From: an uncultured cyanobacterium
Lineage (GTDB): Bacteria; Cyanobacteriota; Cyanobacteriia; Cyanobacteriales; CAWUOF01
Assembly (NCBI GenBank): GCA_963744145.1
Contig: CAVUSO010000001.1
Location: forward strand, 4,288,001 to 4,352,000
Direction: 5' to 3'
DNA: 64,000 nucleotides
Numbering within the stretch: the first letter of the stretch is position 1; every line of letters begins with the position of its first letter. Positions 1-10,699 of the stretch are shown here, piece by piece. The position numbers were made by a program, and so were the translations under genes. A model generated the notes under the pieces. That model saw only the letters and a list, made by a program, of their open reading frames with translations, was not told where the DNA came from and did no database searches.

Positions 1-1312
1 CTAAGGATTGGGCTTCATCATAAGCCCAAATTAAACGTCTTTGTTCAGGATTTTCTGGATCGATCGGACGTAAAGATTCATACATCATCCAATAGATTGC
101 TTGCTTATATTCCCCATTATCTTCATACTTAAACTCATCGTCGGTGACTAAATCTTGTCCCTCATCAACGAGAATAGCATCAAAAATCGGTTGCAGGTAA
201 TTTTCCGACAATAACTGATTGCAGATTTGGGCTAATTCTTCACTTGGTTTTCTCCGGGACACACTGTTAATACCCAGAGGAGCAATTCCATTAACTTGAC
301 AAATAGTTTGATAAAAACCAGGTCGCGCTTTTCCACCCCAAGCGTGTAATATTTTGAGGTGGTTTTTTACTTGCTGATCATAGGAAACATCCCCATTACT
401 AAAACGTCTTAACCAGCGATCAATTAATGTTTCAATTTGAGGATAAAGCGATCGACTAAAAAAGATAAAAGCGATCTCCCAATCAGGATGCTTTAAATAC
501 ATCATTGCGGCTTTTTGACATAGCAAGATGGTTTTTCCTGAACCAGCAATACCGCGAATTCGTTGGGCACCGGGAGGAATTTGTTTAGCAATTTCTTCTT
601 GCTGTAAATCTACCTCATATAGCCATTCTTGTAAATTACTAATAATGCTACCACGAGTCTTTCTTTGACTAGTGGTAGTGGTGTGAGTAAATTTACGCAG
701 AGCTGGAGTCCCACTGATTACTGCTTGCAATATTTTCCATTGTTCCTCATCTAAGTCTTCTCCGCTCACCGCAGGAACTGATTGTTGAATTTGCTGTAAT
801 AAAGTGCTAGGATGAAGCTGGTTTTGGAAGATGATCGGTAACAAATTGGGAATTTGATCAAAACCTCTTTGTTGCCATTGTTCTGTGGTGATCAAAGGAA
901 GTACAATCAGAGCGCGTCCCGTAATTTTACGGAAAATATTTTTTTCGCGATCGCAATATCCTAACAATGCTTGTAGTTGAGATTTACCACTTTCTCCCGG
1001 ATGAGCAAAGATGAGTTGATCATGATCTAATTGCCATTGTCCATCATTAATTGCGATAATTTGGTCGATCGTCAGCTGCGATATTTCGAGAATAACTAAA
1101 CCTAATTCTTGATCAGCTATTACCACATCCGGTTCTCTGCGGACTTCTCCCAGTTTAAAAAAAAGCGGGTAACGCCAATAACCGATACACTCGCGATCGC
1201 TAAAAGCATTTTTGACCAGATCCCAAACCTTCTGTTCACAATTTTTACCACTCTCCGGAATTGGTTCAGTGATGATAAATTTGCGAATTTTATCTTTAAT
1301 CGAAACAGACAT
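1..1312 (-). CDS. NERD-like nuclease / superfamily I (UvrD-like) helicase, runs off the window edge
   Basis: Manual translation from ATG at 1312: MSVSIKDKIRKFIITEP...REPDVVIADQELGLVILEI; Walker A RIRGIAGSGKT; Walker B DAILVDEGQD. Absent from the ORF track because it is truncated. Confidence 0.8.
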   Translation of the reverse strand, partial: MSVSIKDKIRKFIITEPIPESGKNCEQKVWDLVKNAFSDRECIGYWRYPLFFKLGEVRREPDVVIADQELGLVILEISQLTIDQIIAINDGQWQLDHDQLIFAHPGESGKSQLQALLGYCDREKNIFRKITGRALIVLPLITTEQWQQRGFDQIPNLLPIIFQNQLHPSTLLQQIQQSVPAVSGEDLDEEQWKILQAVISGTPALRKFTHTTTTSQRKTRGSIISNLQEWLYEVDLQQEEIAKQIPPGAQRIRGIAGSGKTILLCQKAAMMYLKHPDWEIAFIFFSRSLYPQIETLIDRWLRRFSNGDVSYDQQVKNHLKILHAWGGKARPGFYQTICQVNGIAPLGINSVSRRKPSEELAQICNQLLSENYLQPIFDAILVDEGQDLVTDDEFKYEDNGEYKQAIYWMMYESLRPIDPENPEQRRLIWAYDEAQSL

Positions 1313-1484
1313 AATCACTACCCTAAAAAACAGTGGGGTGAATTTAAAAGAATAATTTTTTTTTGTCAATCCCCTATTGATTAATTTTCCAGATACAATT
1401 AATTTAAAATATTAACAAAAGTTATCATAGAAACCGGATTTCCCTGATCTTGAATTTTAGATAAATGGAGCGCGATCGCTGCAA

Positions 1485-1521
1485 GTTTCAATCCCTGAAA
1501 GGGATTCAGTGTCATTGCGAC
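1485..1521 (-). CRISPR. Solitary 37-bp CRISPR-type repeat (type I-D-like) with putative leader at about 1522-1700
   Basis: GTTTCAATCCCTGAAAGGGATTCAGTGTCATTGCGAC: 37 nt, AATCCC/GGGATT hairpin, ends ATTGAAAC on the - strand. Only one copy and no cas genes in the window. Confidence 0.7.
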
Positions 1522-1992
1522 TGCGGTAGTTTGGAGGTCTTGATATATATGACCATGAGACTTCTATTCGAGTGGTCCAAGCAGCGAGAGATTTTCCAAA
1601 TTCTTAATAGCTGTTTTCGGGAGGGATATTTTTCAGGGACTATTTTCTGTAATCATACCAGATCTGGTTAATGTTGTTTAGCCGTTTGATTGATTTAGGT
1701 GAGGAAAACCGTCTCTGTTCGTCATTGGCAGAAAAAATAAATTGAGGTTAATTATGATTAGACCTAGAAACACACCTGACTACCTTAGAAAAGACTGATA
1801 TCTTAGGGGGCAGATTGATCCTTAACCTAGTTTTGTCAAAAAAAAACCAAATTTCCCGAACATTTTGTTAATTTTTATGAAAGGATATGCGATCGGGTGC
1901 AAATTCTTCAAAAATTTTTGAGGAAAAATAGCATCATAATGCCAAGATTCTTCTAGCCTTATGGTAATTTTCAGACAGTTCGAGGCTGATCA

Positions 1993-3474
1993 ATGACTGC
2001 TGTGCCCTTGTCCAGACCAACCCCACAACCTGCTGATTCTAACAGTAGAAATCCCACTGCTGATGCCACACCTGTTTTTGCCCTCAAAGAACTGGTGGCT
2101 CGATTACAGCGGGAACAACACAAAATTCAAGATTTACTTAGTTCCTTGGGATTTGCTCTCCGGAGCTTTAACAATTTGAATCAGTTTTTAGAACTGATTC
2201 CTTTAATTGCCAGTCGCGTTACGGATGCTGATGGTGGTGCTTTGGTGTCTTTGAAAAATGGTCAAGTCAAACTTGAACAAGTTCATTGCCAAAATGGTCA
2301 TTCCTGTCAAGATATTCGTCAAGTGTTAGAAAAGGCTACCAGTGAAATTAAACTGTCCTTACTAAAGTCATCTGTTCGTTCTCAGCCTATCACTAAACTA
2401 AATCCTAAAAGTGCTAGTATTTCAGCCCAAAAACTTGGCTCAGTTGAGGAGACCTGTCTAGGAGCTTTAGATCAACAAATATCCTGGAATTTGGGCTCAG
2501 ATATTCAGGTTTTTGGGACTCCGATTCTGATTAAAAATATCGAAAGAGGTCGGTTGTATGTATTTAGTCGCGCTCCAGAATATAACTGGACAGAAACTCG
2601 TCAGAAATTAATTCGCTTAATCGCTGACCAAACTGCTGTCGCGATCGAAAATGATGAATTGACCGTAGAACTTCGGAAAAAAGAACGTTTAGATCGGGAG
2701 TTAGAAATTGGGGCAGAAATTCAATTACGCTTGTTCCCTCGTCAATGTCCGCAAATTAAAGGGATTGAATTAGCAGCTTTGTGTCAACCTGCTAATCGAG
2801 TCGGTGGTGATTATTACGATTTTATTCCTACTAATCATCAATCGATCCGTCACAAACATTCTGAAGAAAGTCAGGTCGATCGCTGGGGAGTTGTGATTGG
2901 AGATGTGATGGGTAAAGGTGTTCCTGCTGGTTTAATTATGACCATGACTAGGGGAATGCTGCGAGCGGAAGTATTAAATGGTCACCCACCAGCTCGCATT
3001 TTGCAACATTTGAATCGGGCAATGTATGCTGATTTGGAGAATTCCCATCGGTTTGTAACTTTGTTTTATTCAGAATATGATCCGGTTAGTCGGATTTTGT
3101 CCTATAGTAATGCAGCTCATAATCCACCTTTATTATGGCAAGCTCATTCCCAGTCAATTAAACGTTTAGATACTTTAGGAATGTTGATTGGCTTAGACTC
3201 AGATACCCGCTACCAAGATGCTCAAATTCAACTTGAACCAGGAGATACAATTATTTATTATACCGATGGATTTACTGAAGCGGCTAGTCAAACTGGCGAT
3301 CGCTTTGATGAGGAAAATTTGACCAAAGCCTTTTTATGGGCTTGTCATCATTGTCGCGACTCTCAAGAGATTTTAGAATATTTGTTTGACCAAGTTCAAC
3401 AGTTTATTGGTCTGGGGAACCGTAATGGGGATGATATGACCCTAATTGTCATGAAAATTAACAATAGCGATTAG
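1993..3474 (+). CDS. rsbU: GAF + SpoIIE/PP2C serine phosphatase (RsbU-like)
   Basis: VGGDYYD, IGDVMGKG, YTDGFTEA and DDMT motifs; N-terminal GAF-like region. Confidence 0.85.
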   Translation: MTAVPLSRPTPQPADSNSRNPTADATPVFALKELVARLQREQHKIQDLLSSLGFALRSFNNLNQFLELIPLIASRVTDADGGALVSLKNGQVKLEQVHCQNGHSCQDIRQVLEKATSEIKLSLLKSSVRSQPITKLNPKSASISAQKLGSVEETCLGALDQQISWNLGSDIQVFGTPILIKNIERGRLYVFSRAPEYNWTETRQKLIRLIADQTAVAIENDELTVELRKKERLDRELEIGAEIQLRLFPRQCPQIKGIELAALCQPANRVGGDYYDFIPTNHQSIRHKHSEESQVDRWGVVIGDVMGKGVPAGLIMTMTRGMLRAEVLNGHPPARILQHLNRAMYADLENSHRFVTLFYSEYDPVSRILSYSNAAHNPPLLWQAHSQSIKRLDTLGMLIGLDSDTRYQDAQIQLEPGDTIIYYTDGFTEAASQTGDRFDEENLTKAFLWACHHCRDSQEILEYLFDQVQQFIGLGNRNGDDMTLIVMKINNSD

Positions 3475-3511
3475 AAATGTTGCAGACCAAAGACCGCTGG
3501 CAAAAATAACT

Positions 3512-3532
3512 AGGACAGTCATTTTGACTGTC
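3512..3532. terminator. Hairpin between convergent genes
   Basis: ggacagtca-ttt-tgactgtcc perfect inverted repeat. Confidence 0.55.
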
Positions 3533-3550
3533 CCATCAAATGACAAAAAA

Positions 3551-4882
3551 CTATTGGGCATAGATAAAGGTATTATCCCAAACGTAATCTATAATCTTTT
3601 TCGCTTCATCGAGTGATGGAACTAGGCAATGCCCATCACGATCGTAAGTTAGCATAGATACTTCTTCCGGACTAGCTTCATCTGTACCATCCTTGATGAT
3701 TTTACCAGTTATACTTTGTAAATTGCCCAAAGGACCATTAATATCAAAGTCAATTTTTGTGCCTAACTTGCTTTCCATCCATGTTTCAATTTGGTTATCT
3801 AATTGTTCTGGAGTCAAGGGTGTTTTGCTAGTCATTAGGTGATAATAAACCAGGATAATTTCTTTACATTCTTCCTCTTCTGCGGCATCAATTAAGGAAC
3901 CAAAAACACTAGCATTATTAGCTAAATTTCGGAAGAAAAGAGTATCGGACACTTTTTTTTGAAATTTGATTTTCTTGTAATTGTAGTTGGTGTATTGTCT
4001 GACACCTACTCCACCCAATGTGACTACCAAGGACAATGCTGCTACCAATATGGGCATAATATTCTGGACATTTTCTTCGCTGATATTTGTGTTGAGGAAA
4101 TTAAGATTTCCGAAAAATATAAACAAGATCACTCCGAGAATGAGTAAAAGTTGTGGTAAAATTTTCACCACTACTGAAATACCTGCCCCCACAGCAGGAA
4201 TGAACAGAAAAAGACGATCTTTCCATGTCATGCTGATTTTGATATTGGGAAACAAGAATTCCAAGTCAAATTTGGGAATATTTTTGTAGAAGTAGATATA
4301 TATTTTCCCTGGCACAAAATTGAGCTTCTCGATTTTTGCCTTTTTTGACTCAAAATAAGTAGCATCTTTGAACTTAAGTAACAATACTACTCTTTCAAAA
4401 GTGTCAATCGTCTTTTCTACTTGTTTCAAAAGTTTCTTGATAGCAGCTTTCTTCTGACTATCTCCTTGATAGTAGCAAATAATCCGGTCATAGTCATTAA
4501 AATCAATGTTTGTCTTGAGTTCAAGTAACGAGTTTTCTTCCAAGGCCCGTTGTAACATTTCTTCAGGTAAGCGGATATAATTTGCTCTTTCCATTAGGGT
4601 TTCAAAAGTGGAAACTACTTTTGCTTCCATCTGAGCTTGCTGTTCTGGGGTAGGTAAAACTCTTAACTTGGTATCAGAATCTGGATTAAAGGGAAAAAAG
4701 TTGTCCTTTAAAATTTCTAGAGTCTGATGTAACTGAAAATGGTAATAAGCGGCTAATATTTCGCAGAAATCCCGAAACTTTTGGACATCTGCGTCAGCTA
4801 ATTGGTTATCTTGAACACAGATTTCGATCAGATCGGAGCGACGATAGGGGATAAAAGCTTCGCGGTCTTGATAAACTGCCAT
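3551..4882 (-). CDS. DUF3754/TMEM143 family membrane protein
   Basis: REAFIPYRRSDL start, FKNIPK.DLE.LFP-type motif, two TM segments, AEEEECKEIIL motif. Start moved to ATG 4882. Confidence 0.75.
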   Translation of the reverse strand: MAVYQDREAFIPYRRSDLIEICVQDNQLADADVQKFRDFCEILAAYYHFQLHQTLEILKDNFFPFNPDSDTKLRVLPTPEQQAQMEAKVVSTFETLMERANYIRLPEEMLQRALEENSLLELKTNIDFNDYDRIICYYQGDSQKKAAIKKLLKQVEKTIDTFERVVLLLKFKDATYFESKKAKIEKLNFVPGKIYIYFYKNIPKFDLEFLFPNIKISMTWKDRLFLFIPAVGAGISVVVKILPQLLLILGVILFIFFGNLNFLNTNISEENVQNIMPILVAALSLVVTLGGVGVRQYTNYNYKKIKFQKKVSDTLFFRNLANNASVFGSLIDAAEEEECKEIILVYYHLMTSKTPLTPEQLDNQIETWMESKLGTKIDFDINGPLGNLQSITGKIIKDGTDEASPEEVSMLTYDRDGHCLVPSLDEAKKIIDYVWDNTFIYAQ

Positions 4883-5110
4883 AATACTTAATCTGTGAAT
4901 AGGAAGAATTGAAAAATTGTTGTAGTTGTTAGCATAAACAATTATGGATACCAAAAATAGTGATTTTTTGGCCCAGAATGGCGATCGCTACCTAAAACCT
5001 GTCCCAAAAACTTGCACCTCAGATTCGTGACGGCGATTTTACTTCCTTAGAAGTAATTGTAGAATTTTCAATTTCCCTAGGTATAATCTATGATTTTTTT
5101 AGAGAAAATA

Positions 5111-5333
5111 TAGAATTTTCTATAGGTGAGCATAGAATTTTCTATAGGTGAGCATAGAATTTTCTATAGGTGAGCATAGAATTTTCTATAGGTGAGCATA
5201 GAATTTTCTACAGGTGGACATGCAATTCCTTATAGATGAGCGTAGAATTTTCTATAGGTGACCGTAGAATTTTCTACAGGTGAGCGTAGAATTTTCTATA
5301 GGTGAGCGTAGAATTTTCTACAGGTGAGCGTAG
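5111..5333. repeat. Tandem array of 10 x 22-bp unit (tagaattttctataggtgagc[a/g])
   Basis: Counted directly; unit 6 is degenerate; internal palindrome tagaa-tt-ttcta. Confidence 0.95.
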
Positions 5334-5413
5334 TTCCAAACAAGGTCTCCTGGAAGGTTAGATGATTTTATCTATGCTGTGGCCGAACCAATATTTTATT
5401 TGAGGAAAAAATA

Positions 5414-5665
5414 ATGGTAATCAGTAACTTAATTGGGAACATAATAGCTGGGGGCACCAGCATAATTCATCTGAGCGACTCTGTCCCAATGTTAGTCTGG
5501 AAGATATTCCTGAATGGTTCGTTGTTAGCCCAACATGTTGATGTCGATTTGTGGGCAGATGTCCAAAATTCCTTTAATAATTTTGTCCAAAGTGGCCAAA
5601 TCTGGGCGATGCTAGTTGGTTTCTTTTTAGGATATTTTATCCGAGGTATGTATACCATCGGTTAA
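5414..5665 (+). CDS. Small cyanobacterial membrane protein (hypothetical)
   Basis: gagg RBS; C-terminal FNNFVQSGQIWAMLVGFFLGY single-TM segment. Confidence 0.65.
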   Translation: MVISNLIGNIIAGGTSIIHLSDSVPMLVWKIFLNGSLLAQHVDVDLWADVQNSFNNFVQSGQIWAMLVGFFLGYFIRGMYTIG

Positions 5666-5726
5666 TTAGGTAATGAGAACCATTACCATTGAGGATGGGA
5701 TCAGGTAATCTTAAAACATAGCAACT

Positions 5727-7115
5727 GTGACTGAAAAAAAAACTTGGAGTCAAAGGTTTGAAACGGTGCTACATCCCGCGATCGCCCGTTTCAATGCGAG
5801 TATTAGTTTTGATCTAGAATTAATTGAGTATGATCTGACTGGCTCAATCGCCCATGCTCAGATGTTAGCCAAAACAGGGATTATTTCCCCGGAAGAAGGA
5901 AATCAGTTAGTTGCAGGATTAGAACAAATTCGTCAAGAATATCGGTCTGGACAGTTTCAGCCAGGAGTAGATGCGGAAGATGTCCATTTTGCGGTAGAAA
6001 AGAGATTAACCGAAATAGTCGGTGATGCTGGAAAAAAACTCCATACTGCTCGATCGCGCAATGATCAAGTTGGAACAGATACCCGGTTGTATTTGCGTGA
6101 TCAAATTGAACAAATTCGGGCTGGGTTGCGAGAATTTCAACGTGTTTTATTGCAACTCGCTGAACAAAATGTGGAGACTTTAATTCCTGGATATACTCAC
6201 TTACAACGGGCACAACCAGTAAGTCTAGCACATCATTTATTAGCTTATTGGGAAATGGCTAATCGGGATTGGGAAAGATTAGCAGATGTTTCTCGTCGCG
6301 TGAATATTTCTCCTCTAGGTTGTGGTGCTTTAGCAGGAACTACTTTCCCGATCGATAGACATTTTACAGCAGAAAAGTTAGGTTTTGCCGCTCCCTATCC
6401 TAATAGTTTAGATGGGGTCAGCGATCGGGATTTTGCCATTGAATTTCTCGGTGCTGCTAGTTTAATTATGGTTCATTTGAGCCGCTTGTCAGAGGAAATT
6501 ATTCTGTGGAGTTCTCACGAATTTGGTTTTGTGACTCTCACGGATAGTTGTGCGACTGGTTCAAGTATTATGCCGCAAAAGAAAAATCCTGACGTACCGG
6601 AGTTAGTGAGAGGAAAAACTGGTCGTGTGTTTGGTCATTTGCAAGGGATGTTAGTGTTAATGAAAGGTCTACCATTAGCTTATAACAAAGACTTGCAAGA
6701 AGACAAAGAAGCTTTGTTTGATAGTGTAAAAACAGTCAAAGCTTGTTTGGAAGCAATGACAATTTTAATGGAAGAAGGGATAGAATTTCGCAGCGATCGC
6801 TTGCTCAACGCGGTGAATGAAGACTTTTCTAATGCTACCGATGTGGCTGATTATTTAGCAACTAAAGGAGTTCCGTTTCGGGAAGCTTATAATTTGGTTG
6901 GTAAAGTAGTTAAGACCAGTTTAGCACAAGGGAAGTTACTCAAAGACCTTACTTTAGCAGAATGGCAAGCATTACATCCAGCTTTTGCTGAAGATATCTA
7001 TGCAGCGATCGCACCTCGTCAAGTAGTTTCTGCTCGAAATAGCTATGGTGGAACTGGGTTTGACCAAGTCCGAATTGCTTTACAATTTGCTAAAGAGCGA
7101 ATGCAATTGTCCTAG
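5727..7115 (+). CDS. argH: Argininosuccinate lyase
   Basis: [21 protein letters not shown] and [11 protein letters not shown] signatures. Confidence 0.97.
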   Translation: MTEKKTWSQRFETVLHPAIARFNASISFDLELIEYDLTGSIAHAQMLAKTGIISPEEGNQLVAGLEQIRQEYRSGQFQPGVDAEDVHFAVEKRLTEIVGDAGKKLHTARSRNDQVGTDTRLYLRDQIEQIRAGLREFQRVLLQLAEQNVETLIPGYTHLQRAQPVSLAHHLLAYWEMANRDWERLADVSRRVNISPLGCGALAGTTFPIDRHFTAEKLGFAAPYPNSLDGVSDRDFAIEFLGAASLIMVHLSRLSEEIILWSSHEFGFVTLTDSCATGSSIMPQKKNPDVPELVRGKTGRVFGHLQGMLVLMKGLPLAYNKDLQEDKEALFDSVKTVKACLEAMTILMEEGIEFRSDRLLNAVNEDFSNATDVADYLATKGVPFREAYNLVGKVVKTSLAQGKLLKDLTLAEWQALHPAFAEDIYAAIAPRQVVSARNSYGGTGFDQVRIALQFAKERMQLS

Positions 7116-7377
7116 TTAAGCCCGATACTTAAATTAATTAGATTAGCGATCGCTATCCTAGACAAAACCAAGACCGCGGGCATTTTGGCATCGCGATCGC
7201 TCTTTCTACTGATGTCCCTATATTATTCTCTGATGAAGGTTTGAAATATTTCTAACTTTTTGCCGGCTATGCTGGTTTTATTGGAAATTGGGAGGGATCG
7301 CTTGCTCAAGCGTAGACTTTTGATATTGGGACTCTGGTTATTCTAAAGGCGATCGCCACCTCACCCCGTTTAAATTT

Positions 7378-7620
7378 ATGCTGAAACAAATCTTGACCTT
7401 AATTTTGGTACTGGTAGCAATTACGGCAACTCTATTGTTTTTTGATATTGGCCAATTACAAGCCGCCCAAGATTGCAATAAGTCTTACCCAGATGTCTGT
7501 ATTCCTTCACCTCCTCCTGATTTGGATTGTAAGGACATAAGTTATCGCAATTTTAAGGTTTTACCTCCTGACCCACACAAGTTCGATCGGGATAAAGATG
7601 GTGTTGGTTGTGAGCGGTAG
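7378..7620 (+). CDS. Secreted Excalibur-like Ca-binding domain protein
   Basis: Signal peptide; CxxSYPDVCIP...DLDC...DRDKDGVGCE. Confidence 0.75.
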   Translation: MLKQILTLILVLVAITATLLFFDIGQLQAAQDCNKSYPDVCIPSPPPDLDCKDISYRNFKVLPPDPHKFDRDKDGVGCER

Positions 7621-7768
7621 TTTTGAGATGGGGCGATCGCTATTGTCCCACACACATTAACCCTAATTTTGGTATTAAAAAGCATACATATAGGATAAGA
7701 CATGAGCTAGAATAAATCAGAATGTCTGAAGTGTAAAGAATTAATCTATTACCAATAGCATCTTCACT

Positions 7769-9175
7769 CTAGTTTATACTCAAGGAAGGAAAACGAGGCA
7801 TCATGCAGTAGGGACAATCTAACCATTCTAGTTGCAATCCTGCATCACAACCTTGACAGGTAAGATAGTTTTTTCGTTTAGCTTTGAGTTCTGCTTCTAA
7901 TCCAGAATCCATAAATGCAACTCGTTCTAATTCTTCAAAGGTAGTATAACCTTGGCGGACTAGGTTTAAACTGTAAGCCAGTAAGGAAACCATCCCTTCT
8001 TCTACTGCCGCTTCTTTAATCCGCTCTGTATTTGCGCCTTGGACAATTAAGGCTTTTATTCTTTCTGTTACTTTGAGGAATTCATAGACTCCCACGCGAC
8101 CATCGTACCCGCTCCCATGACATTTTTCACAAAGTTTATCTCCCATTTCCTGGCGCTGATTACCATGGATAGTATTAGCCTTATAGAAAACTATATCTAC
8201 TTCCTGAGAAGCAGATAGACCATAACGGGCTAATTCTTCTAGAGTGGGATTATAAGCAATTCGACAGCGATCGCAAACTCGACGAACTAGACGTTGGGCT
8301 AATATACCCAGCAAAGTCCCAGACACCATGAAGGGTTCACACCCCATTTCGTCTAAACGTGCGATCACACCGACAGCATGATTATTATAGAAAGCAGTTA
8401 AAACTAAGTTTCCCCTTAATGCTGCTTCTAATGCAGTTTTAGCTGTTTCCCGATCTCGTGTTTCTCCCACTAGGATGATATCTGGTCTTTGTCCTAAAAC
8501 AGCCCGGAGAAGAACATAGGAGGTTAAGTGTTTATCACGTATCACTTGACATTGATTAATCCCTGGTAAAGCCAATTCTATTGGGTCTTCAATAGTAATG
8601 ATATTAATTCCTGGCTCATTGCGTTCGGCTAGGATCGAATACAAAGTGCTTGATTTTCCTGATCCGCTTGGTCCTGTTACTATAATTAATCCGGAGGGAT
8701 GACTAGCTGCTTCTCTTACCAGGGCTAAAGTATCAGGATCTGTAATTAAATTATCTAAACCTATTGGGGGAATCGATTTATCGAGAATTTTTAGACAAAT
8801 TCTTTCCCCATAAAGACTAGGTAAACTATCAACCAGAAAGTCTACTATACGTCCTTGAAAAGTACGACGAATCCGACTAAATTGCGGTTGTCGTTGTTCC
8901 GCAATATCCATGTCGGAGATAAATTTAAACCGGGCGGTAATAGCTGGGACTACTTTTTTAGGTAATTGAAAATATTCTTGCAGTACCCCATCTTTCCGCA
9001 TCCGAATCCGCATAAATTCTTCTTGTGGTTCCACATGAATTTCCGAAACTTTTTCTACTAAAGCTTTAGCTAATATTTTGTTAACTGCATCAATAATTAA
9101 TGTGGAAGAAGCTTCTGACTTCGATAGGAGGGCGTCATTATCATCGCCAAAATCATTGCCTAAAGTAGATATCAT
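7769..9175 (-). CDS. PilB/GspE-family ATPase paralogue, N-terminally shortened
   Basis: Walker A GPSGSGKSST, TIEDPIE Asp box, DIILVGETRD, Cys-pair Zn motifs, cyanobacterial PilB1-like C-terminal tail. Confidence 0.85.
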   Translation of the reverse strand: MISTLGNDFGDDNDALLSKSEASSTLIIDAVNKILAKALVEKVSEIHVEPQEEFMRIRMRKDGVLQEYFQLPKKVVPAITARFKFISDMDIAEQRQPQFSRIRRTFQGRIVDFLVDSLPSLYGERICLKILDKSIPPIGLDNLITDPDTLALVREAASHPSGLIIVTGPSGSGKSSTLYSILAERNEPGINIITIEDPIELALPGINQCQVIRDKHLTSYVLLRAVLGQRPDIILVGETRDRETAKTALEAALRGNLVLTAFYNNHAVGVIARLDEMGCEPFMVSGTLLGILAQRLVRRVCDRCRIAYNPTLEELARYGLSASQEVDIVFYKANTIHGNQRQEMGDKLCEKCHGSGYDGRVGVYEFLKVTERIKALIVQGANTERIKEAAVEEGMVSLLAYSLNLVRQGYTTFEELERVAFMDSGLEAELKAKRKNYLTCQGCDAGLQLEWLDCPYCMMPRFPSLSIN

Positions 9176-9360
9176 AGAATATTTTTGATGGATAAATTTT
9201 GGTTAATGTCCTGTTTACTCTATTATATCTTGAGGGGTATGATCGCTATTCTCCTGATTGGGTTTTGGATAGGTGGGGGCGATAGCCAAGAAACCCGGTT
9301 TCTTTGCGTAAGTCCTAAAACATTGAAAAAAGCAATTACAAAGAAGGATGTCTGATTCAA

Positions 9361-9858
9361 TTATTCAATATTTTCAGGATTTTCAGGCAGATCGCTGTCA
9401 GTCGGTAAAAAATCAGGATTAAGAACTTCTTCTCCAGTAAAGGGAGACTCTGGGGGAAATATCACAATAGATAAACCTGTTTCACCTGCGGCGAGTTCCC
9501 TAGCATCTTGATAAGATTCATTAAAAATCTCTTCAAAAAAACGATATAAACTCGGACTGGTTTTGAAGGTATCTCGGATGCGTTTACGATGTTCTATAAT
9601 GGTGTAATGCCAACTATTTGTTCGTTTTCCCGGCTGATATTTATACTTGAGTAAGTGCATGAGAAGTACCCTCAAATTACTCTTTAAAGTATTTTTATCG
9701 CTTCTCCCCATACTTTCCAGTTCCTCTAGTAAGTTTTCTAAATCTATTTCGGCAAATTTTCCCTCTTTTAATAAGTTGATAGTTGTCTTTAACCACAGAT
9801 AAAAATCCTGTTCATAAAGGGATGTTATTGCAGTTGGTATTGATTTGATAGTTGTCAT
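9361..9858 (-). CDS. DUF29 family protein
   Basis: LYEQDFYLW...ENLLEELESMGRSD...LLMHLLKYKYQP pattern. Confidence 0.9.
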   Translation of the reverse strand: MTTIKSIPTAITSLYEQDFYLWLKTTINLLKEGKFAEIDLENLLEELESMGRSDKNTLKSNLRVLLMHLLKYKYQPGKRTNSWHYTIIEHRKRIRDTFKTSPSLYRFFEEIFNESYQDARELAAGETGLSIVIFPPESPFTGEEVLNPDFLPTDSDLPENPENIE

Positions 9859-9978
9859 TTTGTTTGACCCCCTTTCTCTTCTCTACACATAAGTGTAACA
9901 TATTCTATAATTTATCGCGATATGGTTCAATAAACCTTGACGATATGCTGTGGCTGGAGACCAGGAGAGTACCCAAAT

Positions 9979-10206
9979 CTAAACATGATAAGCAGTAATA
10001 GCAACAGTTCCATCAGGACTGTAAATAGCTTCAATGCGTCTAAAAGTAGAATGATTCCACCACACTTTCAGGCGATTTCCCTGAGCGGGAGCCGTACCAA
10101 TTTTAGCGTAACCGGCTCCTACTAGAAGTAACTCAAATTCTGTAGATGGCAAAGTTTTTACAGTAATTTGAGGGATACCATCAAGCTGATGCGTATCAAG
10201 GGTCAT
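9979..10206 (-). CDS. Hypothetical protein, second gene of an overlapping pair
   Basis: 75-aa ORF overlapping the upstream ORF by 11 nt. Confidence 0.6.
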   Translation of the reverse strand: MTLDTHQLDGIPQITVKTLPSTEFELLLVGAGYAKIGTAPAQGNRLKVWWNHSTFRRIEAIYSPDGTVAITAYHV

Positions 10207-10453
10207 AACTACCTTGATACGTGCTATAAATCCGGTATCCAGGGAATACTAAAGCAATGCCAATTGGACTATGAATTCTCCCCGGATAGCTTTCTTCGGG
10301 TTCACTACCTCCAATCCGAATTTTGATAGCACCTAGCCAAATGTAGAGCCCTGGAATTAAAGTATCTAAACTATAGGCGATCGCTCGCATTTGCAGATCG
10401 GCGGAATTAATCGGTTTTAAAGACTGTGGCTTTTCAGGTTTAGAAATAGACAT
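10196..10453 (-). CDS. Hypothetical protein, first gene of an overlapping pair
   Basis: 85-aa ORF with ATG start. Confidence 0.6.
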   Translation of the reverse strand: MSISKPEKPQSLKPINSADLQMRAIAYSLDTLIPGLYIWLGAIKIRIGGSEPEESYPGRIHSPIGIALVFPGYRIYSTYQGSYDP

Positions 10454-10699
10454 GGAACTGATTCCTGTGCGTTACGGTGCAAAAGCGGTCTTGTTAATTA
10501 CACTTGAACGTAACCTAATCTTCATTTTTCAAGTGTTAAGCTTATGTTACTATTTTGTCGCGATGCCTGCGACTGATCTCGACTTATACCACGAAATTGT
10601 AAATCTACAGATCCCTTTTTTTGTCCATCCTCAATCAAGTCACAAACCTTTGATTTTTCCAGAGACCAGGCGATTTTAATCTCGCAACAAAAGTAATGC

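Noticed and set aside
1465..1671. 68-aa ORF
   Set aside because: Spans the CRISPR-type repeat and leader; no protein-like features.
5111..5333. 22-bp array as a CRISPR array
   Set aside because: Units are contiguous with no unique spacers.
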